A stretch of DNA of 63,530 nucleotides, counting the filler, from Asterionella formosa (taxonomy: Eukaryota): assembly GCA_002256025.1 (NCBI GenBank). It is 10 parts of 10 records of this genome, joined end to end, with 100 filler letters (N's around TTAATTAATTAA, not from the genome) between each part and the next. Parts side by side here need not be neighbours in the genome. Positions count along the whole stretch, not along the records: positions 25,312 to 50,519 come from NKIB01002046.1; positions 50,620 to 52,146 come from NKIB01002055.1; positions 52,247 to 53,773 come from NKIB01002056.1; positions 53,874 to 55,400 come from NKIB01002057.1; positions 55,501 to 57,026 come from NKIB01002058.1; positions 57,127 to 58,652 come from NKIB01002059.1; positions 58,753 to 60,278 come from NKIB01002061.1; positions 60,379 to 61,904 come from NKIB01002062.1; 2 more parts are not named here. One strand, written 5' to 3'. Position numbers and translations under genes: made by a program. This document shows, piece after piece, positions 48,850-62,006 of this stretch; within the stretch, counting starts at the first letter, position 1, and every line of letters starts with the position of its first letter. The notes under the pieces were generated by a model. The model worked only from the letters and a program-made list of their open reading frames with translations, did no database searches and was not told where the DNA came from.

Positions 48850-50386
48850 AGCACTAAAACTTGCTGCTGAGATCTGATCTGAGATAGTGTAGGACACGTA
48901 ACATACTACAAAATTATAGATAAAATTTAACTGCTGATCATATCTGACGAAAATACTGGTTCAATGACGAGATGGAAGCCTAACTTTGACCTACCATAAT
49001 GTTTTGAGTTTTGATACCCAACAACTCATTGAGGTCGCTTTTGAACAATCATTAATTTATTTATCACTACATATAAAATTTAGCAAATTAGTTGACCGGA
49101 AAGTCTATCGGAAATCAACAGAAAGGGGAACCGAAATTTTGGCGCCAGTGTGACAAAGCAAGCACGATGCGACGCACAAAATGAATCCCATAAGAAGTCG
49201 AATTATCCAACAACCAGTCAGATCCATTTGATGAAGAGTCGATGTTTGAGACATCAATGAACAGAGTTAGTATACCTCGGAGCATGCTGGAAGATAGCAG
49301 GGATGTAAATAGTGAAATTGCTGTTGACACTTGAAAGCCATCATTTCGTGCCTTCATGTAGCTCATCCTACTCACTCCCCTCCAATTTCGGCAGTCCATT
49401 TTCCTTAAGTAAACGGTAGTCCATAGGGGGGCAATAGATGTCACTAATCCATTTCCCTTAAATAAACGGCAGTCCATTTCGGCAGGCAAATCTAGGGGCT
49501 ATTGAAAATATTGAAGGTAGTTTGGCCGTCCAAAAACGGAGCATATGAAATATACAAAAAGATGGTTTATATGAAGGGCAATTGCAGGATTGAGTAATCC
49601 AAAAACTGTACATATCAAATATACAATATATATCTTTATATGAAGGGCAATTGGCTAGTTCGCATCCAACTTTCAAACTATATAAAATAGGTTTTCAATG
49701 TTGACAGAAAGGGCAATGTAGTTGCGAAAAGCGCGCCGATAGCTAGTTTGTGAATTGCCTACCGGTAGTTAATACCCTACCGGGACTGGGGAGGAGTCTT
49801 CCTACTCGTAATCTTGTGTACCGTACTCGGCTTGGGAGCCGGCGCCACTCGTTCGGTCAACCTACTCGCGCCTCCCAAGCCTCGAACACAAGAATACTCG
49901 CAGGCAGTATCGTGTCTTACCTTCAGAAAGACGATAGCTAGGGTGGGGATTGCTGAAGGCAATACACGCCCGAGGTGGTCTCTTGCCTGCGAGTACACAT
50001 GTATACGAGAAGGCAAGTAGCCGCCGAGAAGGGTATTGTTGAGGCAATTCCCGCTCTAGCTATCGTTGCGTCATTCGCTTACCTACTGCCCACAAATTTA
50101 GCATAAATGTCAATTTTAGCCTACTATTGCCCATCATATAAAATATATTTTGGATATTTCCTATCTTCACCTCGAAAATTGCCAAAGGTCCGATATTGCC
50201 CATCATTAAAATATATTTTGTATTTTTCATATGTTCGCATTTTGGCAAGACAACAGACACCAATTGCCCCTCGGTTTTCCAGCCCTGGGATTGCCGAAAT
50301 CGGCAAGGGGTCTACTTAAGGAAACCATTTTATATACTATTCAGGTTCTTATAATTTATATCTAGAATTCACCTCGTTTTTGTTCG
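48850..50386. mobile_element. Two head-to-head copies of the modular repeat family
   Basis: B arm + T-box (ends 49759) + reverse A-box (to 49926), then a reverse T-box (49931-49953) fused to a forward A-box and a T-box at 50043. Confidence 0.75.
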
Positions 50387-52941
50387 TCTCCTGAAAAGTG
50401 GACTCCGGCAATTCACCTTTCACCATGCCAATCGTCGTCCATCATGACCGGTTTGAAGCGAAATCAGTTCCGCGATGACGCCAGTAGCGATTATTTGCCT
50501 AACGGATGCGGTTGATTGTNNNNNNNNNNNNNNNNNNNNNNNNNNNNNNNNNNNNNNNNNNNNTTAATTAATTAANNNNNNNNNNNNNNNNNNNNNNNNN
50601 NNNNNNNNNNNNNNNNNNNACACGAGGCCGCAACTCCCCTAATGGGAACAAGAACTTGAAGGTTGCGAGACCAACTGGTGGAACTGCGAGCCAGTAAGAG
50701 GAGAGTAGCAAGCTTCAGGGTCTGGTATTTCGATTCAGTGAGTTTTGGTCGGACTCCTTTTAATTTTATGTCCCTTGCTTTGTTGTTGAGTTGATCCGAT
50801 TGTCGACTTGACTGGGGTTCACTTTGATGAAGTCAATCAATCATTCCTTGTTTTCTGGAGGTGCGGTGAACCAGTGTAACTGGTACGGAGTATTGTGGTC
50901 TCAACAATAACCTCACTGTCAACAAAGAGTCGATTCCACTTGTGTCCTCTCCATCATGATGTATCTGTGGATTCTAAAAGAGTTCATTCAATCATGATCC
51001 AGCACGGCAAAGTATAATCCCATGGCTGACATGATTTATCTGGTAATGAATAAGCAGTGTCATGGCTGTGCGACTCTGGTGCTCATCCGTCAGCACTCTC
51101 CTAGTATCTGGCAAGTATACCTGCTACAGCGTCGCTTGCAATCGTCGATACTATCCATGTCAATCGAATCATACGATGTAAGTATAAACAACATCAGATG
51201 GGCCGCCATCATGTCATTCCATCACTATTTATTTATAAAAATACATAAATAACTACATAGAATATATTATATTGCTAATATTATCTAATTCATCTATCTT
51301 TATCAGAAGGTAAGGTAAATGACGGTTATCATCACTAATCGAGGAAAGCCGGTAACCAGGTGGTATGTATCTCATTTTAGTGCTACACCACAGGTGAAGC
51401 GAAATTGCTTGCTCAATTTTTGTTCTTTTCTACATACCTCTGGGAGAGTCCCAGGAGACATTTTATCACTCCGCCCCATCAGTAACTTTATATACATTAC
51501 GGAGTATAAAATAAATATCATATCCATAATATTGACATTATTTTGAACATACGACGTGATCCTAAGGTACGGGTAAAATTGATATTAATTATTTATGGCT
51601 AGTGAGGAGGAATATGTACGCCACAAGCGAAAAATAATTTTCGTGCTGTATCATACTGGAGTATGACGGATAGTGAGAATGTACATCATATCCGTAGGAA
51701 TATTCCATTATTTGTTACTCTATGCTTGCCCTGCTTCCATTATCGGTCACTTGCAAACGCTCGTCGAGTAATCAGACTCCGTCTTCCTCTCTCTTTACTT
51801 CGTCCTTTCATATTCGCTAGGAAGAAGGAAGGAAGACAACACAACCCCATCAGTGAAAAACAAGAGAGAAAGCTGTGGGCTTGAGCACAATTCAAATTCA
51901 TACTCGGTTCATTGCTCAGAGCTGAACGGCATTTTCAGGGAGAAAAAAGACGTTGTCCGTCACGCGCTGTGTGTAAGTCCATTTCTACGATTCGGATTTG
52001 CCTCTATAATATTTCTTTTATCATTGCTGTTGCAGCAATTTTTTTGCAAAGATGACAGACTCGTCAAACGTATGGGTTCGTACCTCTTGCTTAGAGATTG
52101 CTATTTCAGGGAAAGAAAAGAGGGAAGTGAAACGAGGGCTCCCCCCNNNNNNNNNNNNNNNNNNNNNNNNNNNNNNNNNNNNNNNNNNNNTTAATTAATT
52201 AANNNNNNNNNNNNNNNNNNNNNNNNNNNNNNNNNNNNNNNNNNNNTCAGAGTTGTATACAGATTTGATCAACATAGCTAGGCAGGGATAAGGACAGCAA
52301 CAAATCATTTTCCCTGTTTCCAACAGAGATTAGAATCAAAAGACATACTTTACAGCAGAAGCCCTTCTGGGTGAAAACTGTGGATCTTGCTTTTAATGCC
52401 TGACATCAAGAACAATCCAGAAACATAACAAACGTTGCAGGGAGCATCCACCTTGTACCGGTATGGACATGGCTGTGGCTGGTGGCCATGGAAGACGTCC
52501 TACTAGGGTTCATAAGAAACCAGCATGATTATGAAGGAGTGTCTACCCTGGCATGAGTGCAATTTCTAGCTTTAGCAATGTTCTTCAAATTTAATTGTGA
52601 AATAAATATATAGAGTTGACCTATACCCCTACTTTGATCAATGACTTTTTCTAAGCATTTGGAAAGAAGTGTTTGAATTGGTGAAAGCTCCGTTTAGTAT
52701 GTATATTTACATTTTACTTTTAAGAGGTGTGTGTTTGACTACTACTCTGACTTTATACCAGTTTTTGACCCTACCTCTAACCTAGGGTTGAAATGCAGGA
52801 ACATTACTGCCTAATCAAGCAATGACTATTGTAATTAAATTCTATTCCATTTCACAGGCAGAATCAAAACATAGAATGAAAGCCACCACAGCCTTACCAC
52901 CTTTCTAATTGGTAATTACACTCTATGTATCCATTTCTACA

Positions 52942-53773
52942 TCAATGGTCTAAATGGTGACCCAATAAGGCACCCAAAAGCACTGAAATAATTGTAGAAA
53001 CCACCAAAAATGCAGGGCCAAAGAATGCCACAGTGCCATCTGGAATAGGTACTACTGTTACCTCTTCCACAGGTGTGGAATCATTTCTATTCAACTCTTC
53101 ATAAACCTCTTTGCAACAATGGAGTGCTCCACGGACCCCAAGGTCCTCCACCATGACAGCAAACAAGGGGACATAGTCCAGAACAGTTCCTACACGACCC
53201 TTGTCTCGATAGGCCTTCATAAACTCTGATTCTGGGCCTTCAATGAAATGGATATTCTTTGGAGTTAATCCACCAGTTACAAAAAGCCCTCCAGTAGGAA
53301 TGAACTTGATGGCAGTTGAACCAACCTCAGACCCATATGCACTTGTTTGGAGGATGAGCAAGCATGATTTAGGTATGTTCCACTTGTTGATATAATAGAA
53401 ACGAGACCAAGCAAGATGTAAGGACTTACGCCATTGCAACGGTCATTGCCTGATGAAAAAGAGTCCCTTCCTTGGCATGTTCTGAAACAAACTTTCCTTT
53501 CGAATCACCTGGTGCCTTCAAGAACTCCTCATGCATTTTGTCATCCTTCATTTCAGGAAATTCGGAAACAAGAAAATCATAGACATTCCCCAGCCCTGGT
53601 CCAGATACAACATTTTCCACAGATAGTCGATGTTCTCTTCCAAAAATCTTCATCATGTAGGCCCGCATTTTGATTTCCAACTCTGATCTAGGGTTGAACT
53701 CGACATGACCCCCTTCGCTCGGAAAACAAGAATAGGTTCCAGTACGTCCATTCGGCGTTAGGAAGCACTCGCC
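52942..53773 (-). CDS. glk: Glucokinase (bacterial Glk-type), 3' part; 5' end lost at contig edge; intron 53429-53342
   Basis: GECFLTP...FPSEGGHVEF, RLSVENVVSGPGL, AYGSEVG...PTGGLFVTGGLTPKN, YRDKGR, DLGVRGA; GTAAGT...AAG intron restores frame. Confidence 0.85.
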
Positions 53774-54274
53774 NNNNNNNNNNNNNNNNNNNNNNNNNNN
53801 NNNNNNNNNNNNNNNNNTTAATTAATTAANNNNNNNNNNNNNNNNNNNNNNNNNNNNNNNNNNNNNNNNNNNNGTGGTACCATTGGACTTGGGAAACAGC
53901 GAGGAAGGTTGTATCCCGCCGTATCAAACGGTTTCGAATAAGAGGAGTTGGAACGAAGAGATGTGACAAGAACTGACCTGACACTTCTGTCCGACTTGGT
54001 CGATGGATGTCTCCCGCCTATTTGTGACTTCCTGCGCAACACAACAAAACTTGCCACAACGACGAATCAAACGGTTTCGAATATGAGGAGAGGTTGGAAC
54101 GAAGAGACTTGTCATAAACATGACACTTTTGTCCGACTCGGTCGATGGAGCAAAAGAAACGACACCAGCTTCCGGTTATTTGCAAATGGCTGTACTTGAT
54201 TAAAAACAAATAACCATTTTGATAGTAACTATTTATGAGTAAATAAAAATTCTTACTTCCATCTTTCCCCATAG

Positions 54275-54496
54275 GAACCAAGCAAAAACGAAACTAGTCC
54301 TGACGAGGAATACTGTGTCGTCGATCCGGAAAGTGGGGAACTCATTCGTCTCACAGTAGCCGAAAAGGAGCGTATCTTTCTGGACGCGCTTCAGTCCTAC
54401 GATGCCGCTGAAAGGCAAATGCTCAAGGATGACGAGTTTGACCTATTGAAGGAAGATTTGCAATGGAAGAACGGATCTGAGCATATATATAGCTAA
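54275..54496 (+). pseudogene. PGRL1: PGR5-like 1 (PGRL1) gene fragment
   Basis: After CCCATAG the frame reads EEYCVVDPESGELIRLTVAEKERIFLDALQSYDAAERQMLKDDEFDLLKEDLQWKNGS, matching the PGRL1 core, then stops at 54494-54496 with no TM helices. Not in the ORF track. Confidence 0.7.
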
Positions 54497-55500
54497 AACA
54501 AGGAAAGACGACACAACAATGAACGTGATGGCTGGTTGTTGAGGATACCTGTAGTATGTGATATGCATCAGTCCATATCACAAATCATATTATAGTGATG
54601 TACATATCAATGCATCCGTATACTTAGATCCTATCCACTGTATAATACAATCATATTAAGTGTTGACTTTAAGTGTATACATTAAACAACAAACATATAT
54701 AGAAATTATAATACTTTATGATTGCTTGATTTATTTTCTATGATGTATCGATAACACTTGCGTACATATTTTATCGTATTTTATTGTCATTGTATTATTT
54801 TTACATGATCATATTTTGATCAAAATTATATCATAAACATTTTAAAAAATCATCATAGTTTTATGATCAATGTATCATAGCTCTGTGATGTACTTTATTC
54901 AATATTACGTATCATACTTTGGTGATGTATGCATCGATGTAACCTTATCATGATATCACAGTATCATCTTATCAATCATGATGAGATGATTGGGAAGCAA
55001 ATGTATTCTGCATCGTGCTACAGGGTATATTATTATATCACGCAATTTAGTAGCAAAGTCACTCCGCCTGTAATGTACTAAAGTCGACAGTGCACATACC
55101 GGTACTCACACGCTAATTAGGTTTGAGGCAACGGACAGTGGTTCCAACGAGCGAATGATGATACCATGGGTACCAATTTTTCCAACGAAAGAACTTGTCT
55201 CTCTATTGATGAGGATGACACGGACATGGACACCGACTTTTCCAGGAGCAAACAACAATGAAGAGACCCACTTGTCGCTCTATTGATGGTAACAAAGATG
55301 CGGACAAGTTCAACAGTGAATACAAGAACAACATACCATTGAAAACCAGTCGACAGTGTCTGCACGCACACGCCAAGCAAGTTTGAGGCAACGGACAATT
55401 NNNNNNNNNNNNNNNNNNNNNNNNNNNNNNNNNNNNNNNNNNNNTTAATTAATTAANNNNNNNNNNNNNNNNNNNNNNNNNNNNNNNNNNNNNNNNNNNN

Positions 55501-56165
55501 TCTCCAACTTTTGCAATCCCAATAGTGGCTTCACATCCTGAAGGAAGGCGTGCAACAATGGTAGGATGATATGATTGATTCCTTTGTGCCATCATGGCGA
55601 CTCTTTGAAGATGACTTGACTGACCAAATGTTTTAATCGTTAAAATCCCACCTTCTTCTTTCAAAAAATCGTTCCCTCGAACATGCTGATTATGACTCTG
55701 ACCACTACAAACAGCTCCTCCACCAGAACTCAGTTCATTGCCATCAATATCAGCACAAACCAAAGTTACTCCTTCCTCTTCGGATTCAATGTCTTCAAAA
55801 AGCCTGCCAGCAGTGTTATCGACTCTTACAGAATCTGGTGTCACAATATCACTTCGAATATGTTGTTGCCCAGAATCAAACACAAGTTTTTTTCGGATAA
55901 CTCTTGGATCCGTATTTGGACGTGGAAACTTTGCCAAAGAAGAACGCCTAATATATGATACATTCGAAATGGGAGTTCTGTTTGAAGACCCTTGTGAGAC
56001 ATTGGAAAGTACATTCTTGTCCTTCTCAATAGATTCGATTTCCTTTGCATCAGATTCAAAGTCAAAATCTCCAAAACTGTTAGATTCAACACCACCTCCT
56101 CCACCGACTGGTTCATGACTTTTCTCATCTTCAATTAAAACATCACAAATACCTTCAGAACTCAT
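55501..56165 (-). CDS. Hypothetical protein, N-terminal part, runs off contig
   Basis: Open frame from ATG 56165 (MSSEGICDVL...) to the gap; acidic/low complexity; no motif recognised. Confidence 0.35.
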
Positions 56166-57739
56166 CTTTTCAAATAAAATTAAAAATATGAAGATAATTT
56201 GAGACAATATATGCACACACAAAACTGTTCAAAAAATGAACACACAAAACTGTTCAATAAATGAATGGAATAAAAAATCGCTCAACTCGCTAAACAAGAA
56301 GAATTTTTAACAAACTGTCTCTCAATAACATCAATGAATGGAATAGAAAATCGCTCAACTCGCTAAACAAGAAGAATTTTTAACAAACTGTCTCTCAATA
56401 ACATCAGTTTATCTATAAAAAAAATTTAACAAACTGTCTCTCAATATCATCAGTTTATCTATTAAAAAAAAACTAAGTATATACCTACATGAATAAAATA
56501 CAAACAATAACACATAAATTAATCCATAAAGATCAAACTCGCTAAATTGCAAAAATTTGAAATATAACTAAGAATTTAAAAAACATAAAGAAGGAATACA
56601 AATAATCCGATGTATACATAAAAACTGCCGACCATAATTTCAAAATACTGCTGTTAGGGTTAGGGTTAAGGCTCTCTCTTCTTGGTATGAAGTAAATACT
56701 ACCTGAACAACAAAGAAGAACATACAAACAAAATAAGGACGTGCCTGTGACTGTACCAAATCCCAGGTACCATAATTTCAAATCAGTGTCGGTCACCAGC
56801 ATAAATCAACAAAGGTACAAGTACAAGTACAAATACATTATACTGAACATTTCAAATCAGTGCCCGTCACCAGTATAAATCTATACATAAACCCTAACAG
56901 CTACCGGATAGATCAATGAACTTCAAGGTACCACGTACCAATACATCATACCAGGTACCAGGTACTGAACAAATACACGTATGTGCAGCTACATAAAAAT
57001 AATCATAACAAAATACATATACTGTANNNNNNNNNNNNNNNNNNNNNNNNNNNNNNNNNNNNNNNNNNNNTTAATTAATTAANNNNNNNNNNNNNNNNNN
57101 NNNNNNNNNNNNNNNNNNNNNNNNNNGCAAGAAGCAGAAATGCACCTGCTTGTTGTGTTCTGTCAACTGGACTCGTCTGGACTTCATACGACTGGATGCA
57201 CGGTGACACGCTGGGCATACCAGACCATGGCTGGTAGGAGTAGTCTGCGGTATATGTACATGCCAGTAACAAAAGCAAGAATGGTTGCAGTTTACCGGTA
57301 TGTTGTATCGTCTCATCGAAATTGCATCAGAACCGTTGAAATTTATAACAAAGATATGATTACACCTGGTACGGAGTACCTATGTATTCCTCCACCACCG
57401 CTTGAATAAAACACTGTCTGTCGTAGTAGTCGTACAGTATATATATGTACGTGGAGACGTAAGGTAACGACATCAATTCTGGAGACGAGACCTCATTATT
57501 CCTACATGCATACCGGTAGTTTAAATAGATTCCTATTTCCAATCAAATACAGTATGGTTACCTAACAATACCAGGTACCTGGTATCTGGTAGCCATCAGC
57601 TCAAGACTCCTGGGAGGGAACAGAACAGCTGTTTGTATTACGCAAATACATAGCGGTAACAGGGCAAGCATTTGCAGCATGGTGGACTTCGTAGAGTAAG
57701 AAAATTTATGTGACAACGACAAAGCCACCAATACTACCG

Positions 57740-58652
57740 GTATACTGGGTAACCACCCCAACCAATTATTTTGCAGCAGATAATTCCTAGTGACAAATCG
57801 CAATGTCATTAACTAAACAATGTTTAACGATTTACTATAGCTCGCCGAGGTGGGTTTGTTTCTACAAACACACTTAAAGAGTAATGCCTTCAGGGGGGTC
57901 AAACTTGGATCCCTGTTCAGACAGCTTCTTGTGAGCGTTGGCGTAGGAAGTGAAGAAGTCGTCCTGGCTATCGCGAAACTTTTCGGCGAAAGGGCGGAAG
58001 GAATCGTCACCGAACAAGGTCTTGTCTGTTGAAAGCTTAAGGAGTTCGGGATCGGCGTTAGGATCAGGCATTATTTTGAAATAGCTGTTATCGAAGATCA
58101 ACCACTTGTCCGTCCAACTTGAACCACCTGGAGTGTACTTGGCATCAGTTCCGTCTGCTCGGGGCTGTGGAGATCCATCAGTAAATTTTGTCTTTTCGGC
58201 ACCCAACCCAGATCGGTCTTTGTAAGCACGTCCAAAAGTATGAGCACCGGACAAGGCGACAATTTCTTCATCATTCAATCCCATACGATAAAACACCTTG
58301 CGCAAATGGCCGTTGGGAGTCGTGTCTTCCGTCGAGGCAGTTCCTCCAGATCCACCATACTTGCCTTCGGGGCCCGCTTCAGCGTCTGGCAAGTTACCTT
58401 CCGGCGAACATTGAGACGGGTCACTAGCATCCACACGACCATACTTCATGTCAATCTTTGGTCCCCCAGCAAGGGCAATCGATCTAGCAGATGCCATTTG
58501 AAAGTATACTGGGTAACCACCCCAACCAATTATTTTGCAGCAGATAATTCCAAGTGAGTAATCGCAATGTCATTAACTAAACAAAGTTTAACTATTTACT
58601 ATAGCTCGCCGAGGTGGGTTTGTTTCTACATACACACTTAAAGAGTAATGCC
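57740..58652. repeat. Direct repeat pair 57740-57888 / 58504-58652 (period 764 nt)
   Basis: GTATACTGGGTAACCACCCCAACC...CACTTAAAGAGTAATGCC twice, with several mismatches. Confidence 0.9.
57874..58503 (-). pseudogene. APX: Ascorbate peroxidase (class I haem peroxidase), 5'-truncated duplicate
   Basis: [50 protein letters not shown] (proximal His), [17 protein letters not shown]; upstream sequence is a copy of its own 3' UTR rather than the N-terminal coding part. Confidence 0.75.
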
Positions 58653-58752
58653 NNNNNNNNNNNNNNNNNNNNNNNNNNNNNNNNNNNNNNNNNNNNTTAA
58701 TTAATTAANNNNNNNNNNNNNNNNNNNNNNNNNNNNNNNNNNNNNNNNNNNN

Positions 58753-60278
58753 TTAATAGCAACGGTCCACTGCTTGCTCTCGTCTCCTTTCATAGCCTCC
58801 TTGTAATGCTTTGGCTCCCCGGGATCGGAAGCAAGCGTTGTAGAATATGCATAGAACCTCTCTACTCCTTCTTCACTTTGAAATAGTTCATCATCATCTT
58901 GATAGGCCGCTTCAGAATAATCTATTTCTTCAATTGATCCTTTGTCCTTGTCATCTAGTTGTAAGCTGCGCCGAGCACTGCGTTTGCCAGTAACTTCTTT
59001 CCAACCATCAAGGCGTTTCAATTCTCGTTCCAATTTTGCTTTCTTCGAAGCATCTTTGTTGATCTCATCACTTAACTTCCCCACTGCTTCGGATAGCTGA
59101 AATCTTGTTTGTTTCACAACTGGAACAGGTGTTTCCAAATCAATATCCTGCTGGATAGGTGGCACAACAGGAAGAACATCTTCGTCCTGCTTTTCATCAT
59201 CAATTGGAATAACAACCACTTCTGTGTCCCCTTCCACATTGAAATCCCTCAAACCTGCGATTGGACTTGTTTGGCCATGCCAATCAGCCCAGCGAATGTT
59301 TCGACTATTTAAAATCTTTCTTGTCTGAGGGTTAAACATTCGGTAAGTGTATCCAGCATGATCATGAGAATAACCAACCATCACACATTTAATGGCCTTT
59401 TCTTCGAGTTTATTTGTTTTCTTAGCACCAATTTTCACCCATCCGATCCTGCCAAAATGCATTAGATGATCGTAAATCATTGGAACCTTTTTGTAAAACT
59501 TCTCATCTGCACTTTTTACATCATTAGATGTGGCCACAATGTTCGTGATTCGTGTGTTGGTGTTGATGGCCTCTGCCCAAAGTAAACCTTGAAATTCATC
59601 TTTAAATTTTGCAGCAAACATTGCTGCACATGCTCGTTGACGAATGGTTACAAACTTTCGCTCCACAATTCCATTCTGTTGTGGTGTGTAGGGTGCCGTA
59701 AATTCGATTTGAATATTGAATTTCTCGCATAGTTTTGTCAAACCTGAGACGTTTTCACCCGCATTGTCACAACGGAGAAACTTGGTAACATACTCAGCCG
59801 TTTTTAGTTTAGTCAACAAATCTTCAATCTTTGAAGCAAGCTGTGACTTCTTCTTAACAAAGAAACTCCAAGATTTTCCGGTGTAATCATCAACAACAAG
59901 GATCCAATAATCATTTCCTAAAATCGACTTTTTATATGGACCGCTGATATCTGTGCACAAACGTTCGCCCGGTTGAGTAGCCTTGCTCATAGTGATTTTA
60001 GGAACACTTTTTGCTTTAGCCTTAGCTAGCGCACATCCTTCACATGTATACATCACACCTGTCATTTTGATACCAAGCGATTTCATAGTAGCCCGCAATG
60101 CCGCTTCCCCAATATGTCCGTATTTAGCGTGAGCTTCATTAATGTCCATACTGGTCAATTTCGTTGTGATGACCTCTGCAGATAAGATATCACTCCCACC
60201 TGGGTAAATTCCACGAGTTCCTTGGAAATAGTACAAAACATCTGAATGATCACGTTTGAAATCTAGCGTCTCAGTTTT
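58753..60278 (-). mobile_element. Ty1/copia LTR retrotransposon pol fragment (integrase to start of RT)
   Basis: Frame open across the whole contig; HHCC (AHAKYGH...CEGC), DDE (CTDISGP, RCDNAGE, QQNGIVER), LWAEA, KLEEKAIKCVMVGYS, then EPKHYKEAM...W. Confidence 0.93.
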
Positions 60279-60378
60279 NNNNNNNNNNNNNNNNNNNNNN
60301 NNNNNNNNNNNNNNNNNNNNNNTTAATTAATTAANNNNNNNNNNNNNNNNNNNNNNNNNNNNNNNNNNNNNNNNNNNN

Positions 60379-61904
60379 CATGGGATATTTCGGACCACTT
60401 CCCAGTTGTTGCGGACCTACCTGGGCTTACCAGAATCCCAGATATGGGGATTGCCCCACCACGGCCGGAATCACTGTACCGGCGGATTGTGATGGAGGAG
60501 AAGGAGCTCAAAGTAACCGTAACTGTGGCTAGTAGTAACTATTGGCAGCCACTAGCTGACTCGCTGGAAGAGGACCTGGAGGATGTAATCGAGTGGTCAC
60601 ATTCACTTGAAAACCCCACCAGTTACCACCAGGAAAGGTTGGATGGTATGGCCAAGAAGTTCACTACAACATGTCACCAGGTGGCAGAGGACCTGAACCT
60701 CCACCAACGGGTGGCGGGACAAAACCCACCAAGAGTGACAGGACAGGTATGTCGGGCAATTGACACTTCAGCAACTTCTTCACCCACATTGTTTGAAAAC
60801 TCATCTGGATCCCAGATCTCGTCAATGTAGAGTTCCGCCTCTGCACCATTCACAACAAGTAGCCGTTTCCCCACAGGATTTGTACCTGGTTGTAGATTAC
60901 GTACAAGTGCGTATGCCATCTGGATCCGTTGTGTCAGCTTGCCTGGTAAGAAACCCAGTAGACTTGGCTCAAAAGCCGCCCAAAGAAGGACTGGATGTGC
61001 CAGCGTTAGTGCCACATTCCATGGAAATTCCATGCATATATTTGGCACTACATATTGCAGAAGCCAATCATCAGACGCACCGCTTTCTTCATTCAGAACA
61101 TACTTGCATTTGGCGTCTGGATAAGGTAGCTCAACATCAATGTAAGTGTCAACTTGTTCTGTGCGCCGTTTCCAGCGTCCACGGAAGGCAACATCATCCC
61201 AGGAGCAGCCATTTCAACGTGCATGTGTTGATGGGTACTTCCGAAGGCTGTGTGTGCCAATCAAACCATTGTTCATTCGTTTGAACTCACTAGCTACTTC
61301 CCATACATCATCACGCAGAATTGTATAGGCCTTTCTTTTTGCATTTGATGGATTGTTGGTTTGTAGCGAAAATACTCATGGATTTTAGGGTGATGCACCT
61401 TGTTCCATACATTCTGTCTCAAGATGAACAGCCAAGGCAAGGAGAACGCAATAGTCTTGCAACATGGATGCAATGAGTACCTGGTTTGGTGCCTCCCTCT
61501 CTTCTTTAGCGTTTTTGTCCAACACAGCTTGGCCATCAGAGTGAAAGGAAATCGAAGATTTGCAGTTAGGTTTATTTTTGTTAATTGCACACAATCGTCA
61601 ATTCGGCCAACCATGTGGAATTGAAAGGCACACAGTGCAGGCAACTGATACCGATGGATACTGTTCTTGAATGAATGAAGGATATGCATTGTATTGGAGA
61701 ACTCTTGGGATTTTAGGGGTCGCCTTGTTGCTTGTGATGGTTTCCCTTGTCTGCGCACTTCCTTCTTTTTTACTGCTTTGATGAGGTTATTGACACGCAC
61801 AGACCTTGTTGGATTGCCACTGTGCATAATAGCATTCCAAGTGGAGAGTCGATTTGGCATAAAATACGACAATGCCTTTTTGTAGTATTCCAGGGAAGAA
61901 GACC
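60379..61904 (-). pseudogene. CryptonS-like tyrosine recombinase, disrupted
   Basis: SGNPTRSVRVNNLIKAVKKKEVRRQG, FQFHMVGRIDD (R), LCWTKN..EERE, and across frameshifts GTHSLRK (HxxR), RGRWK, VDTYIDVELPYPDAK (Y); internal TGA after STHAR. Confidence 0.8.
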
Positions 61905-62006
61905 NNNNNNNNNNNNNNNNNNNNNNNNNNNNNNNNNNNNNNNNNNNNTTAATTAATTAANNNNNNNNNNNNNNNNNNNNNNNNNNNNNNNNNNNNNNNN
62001 NNNNTT

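Larger units (their letters stand above)
50520..62004. other. Series of artificial linkers joining 1526-1527-bp contigs
   Basis: Linkers at 50520-50619, 52147-52246, 53774-53873, 55401-55500, 57027-57126, 58653-58752, 60279-60378, 61905-62004; intervening contigs have nearly identical lengths. Confidence 0.95.

Noticed and set aside
56654..56671. TTAGGGTTAGGGTTAAGG telomere-like run
   Set aside because: Only two perfect units, internal to the contig; insufficient for a telomere.
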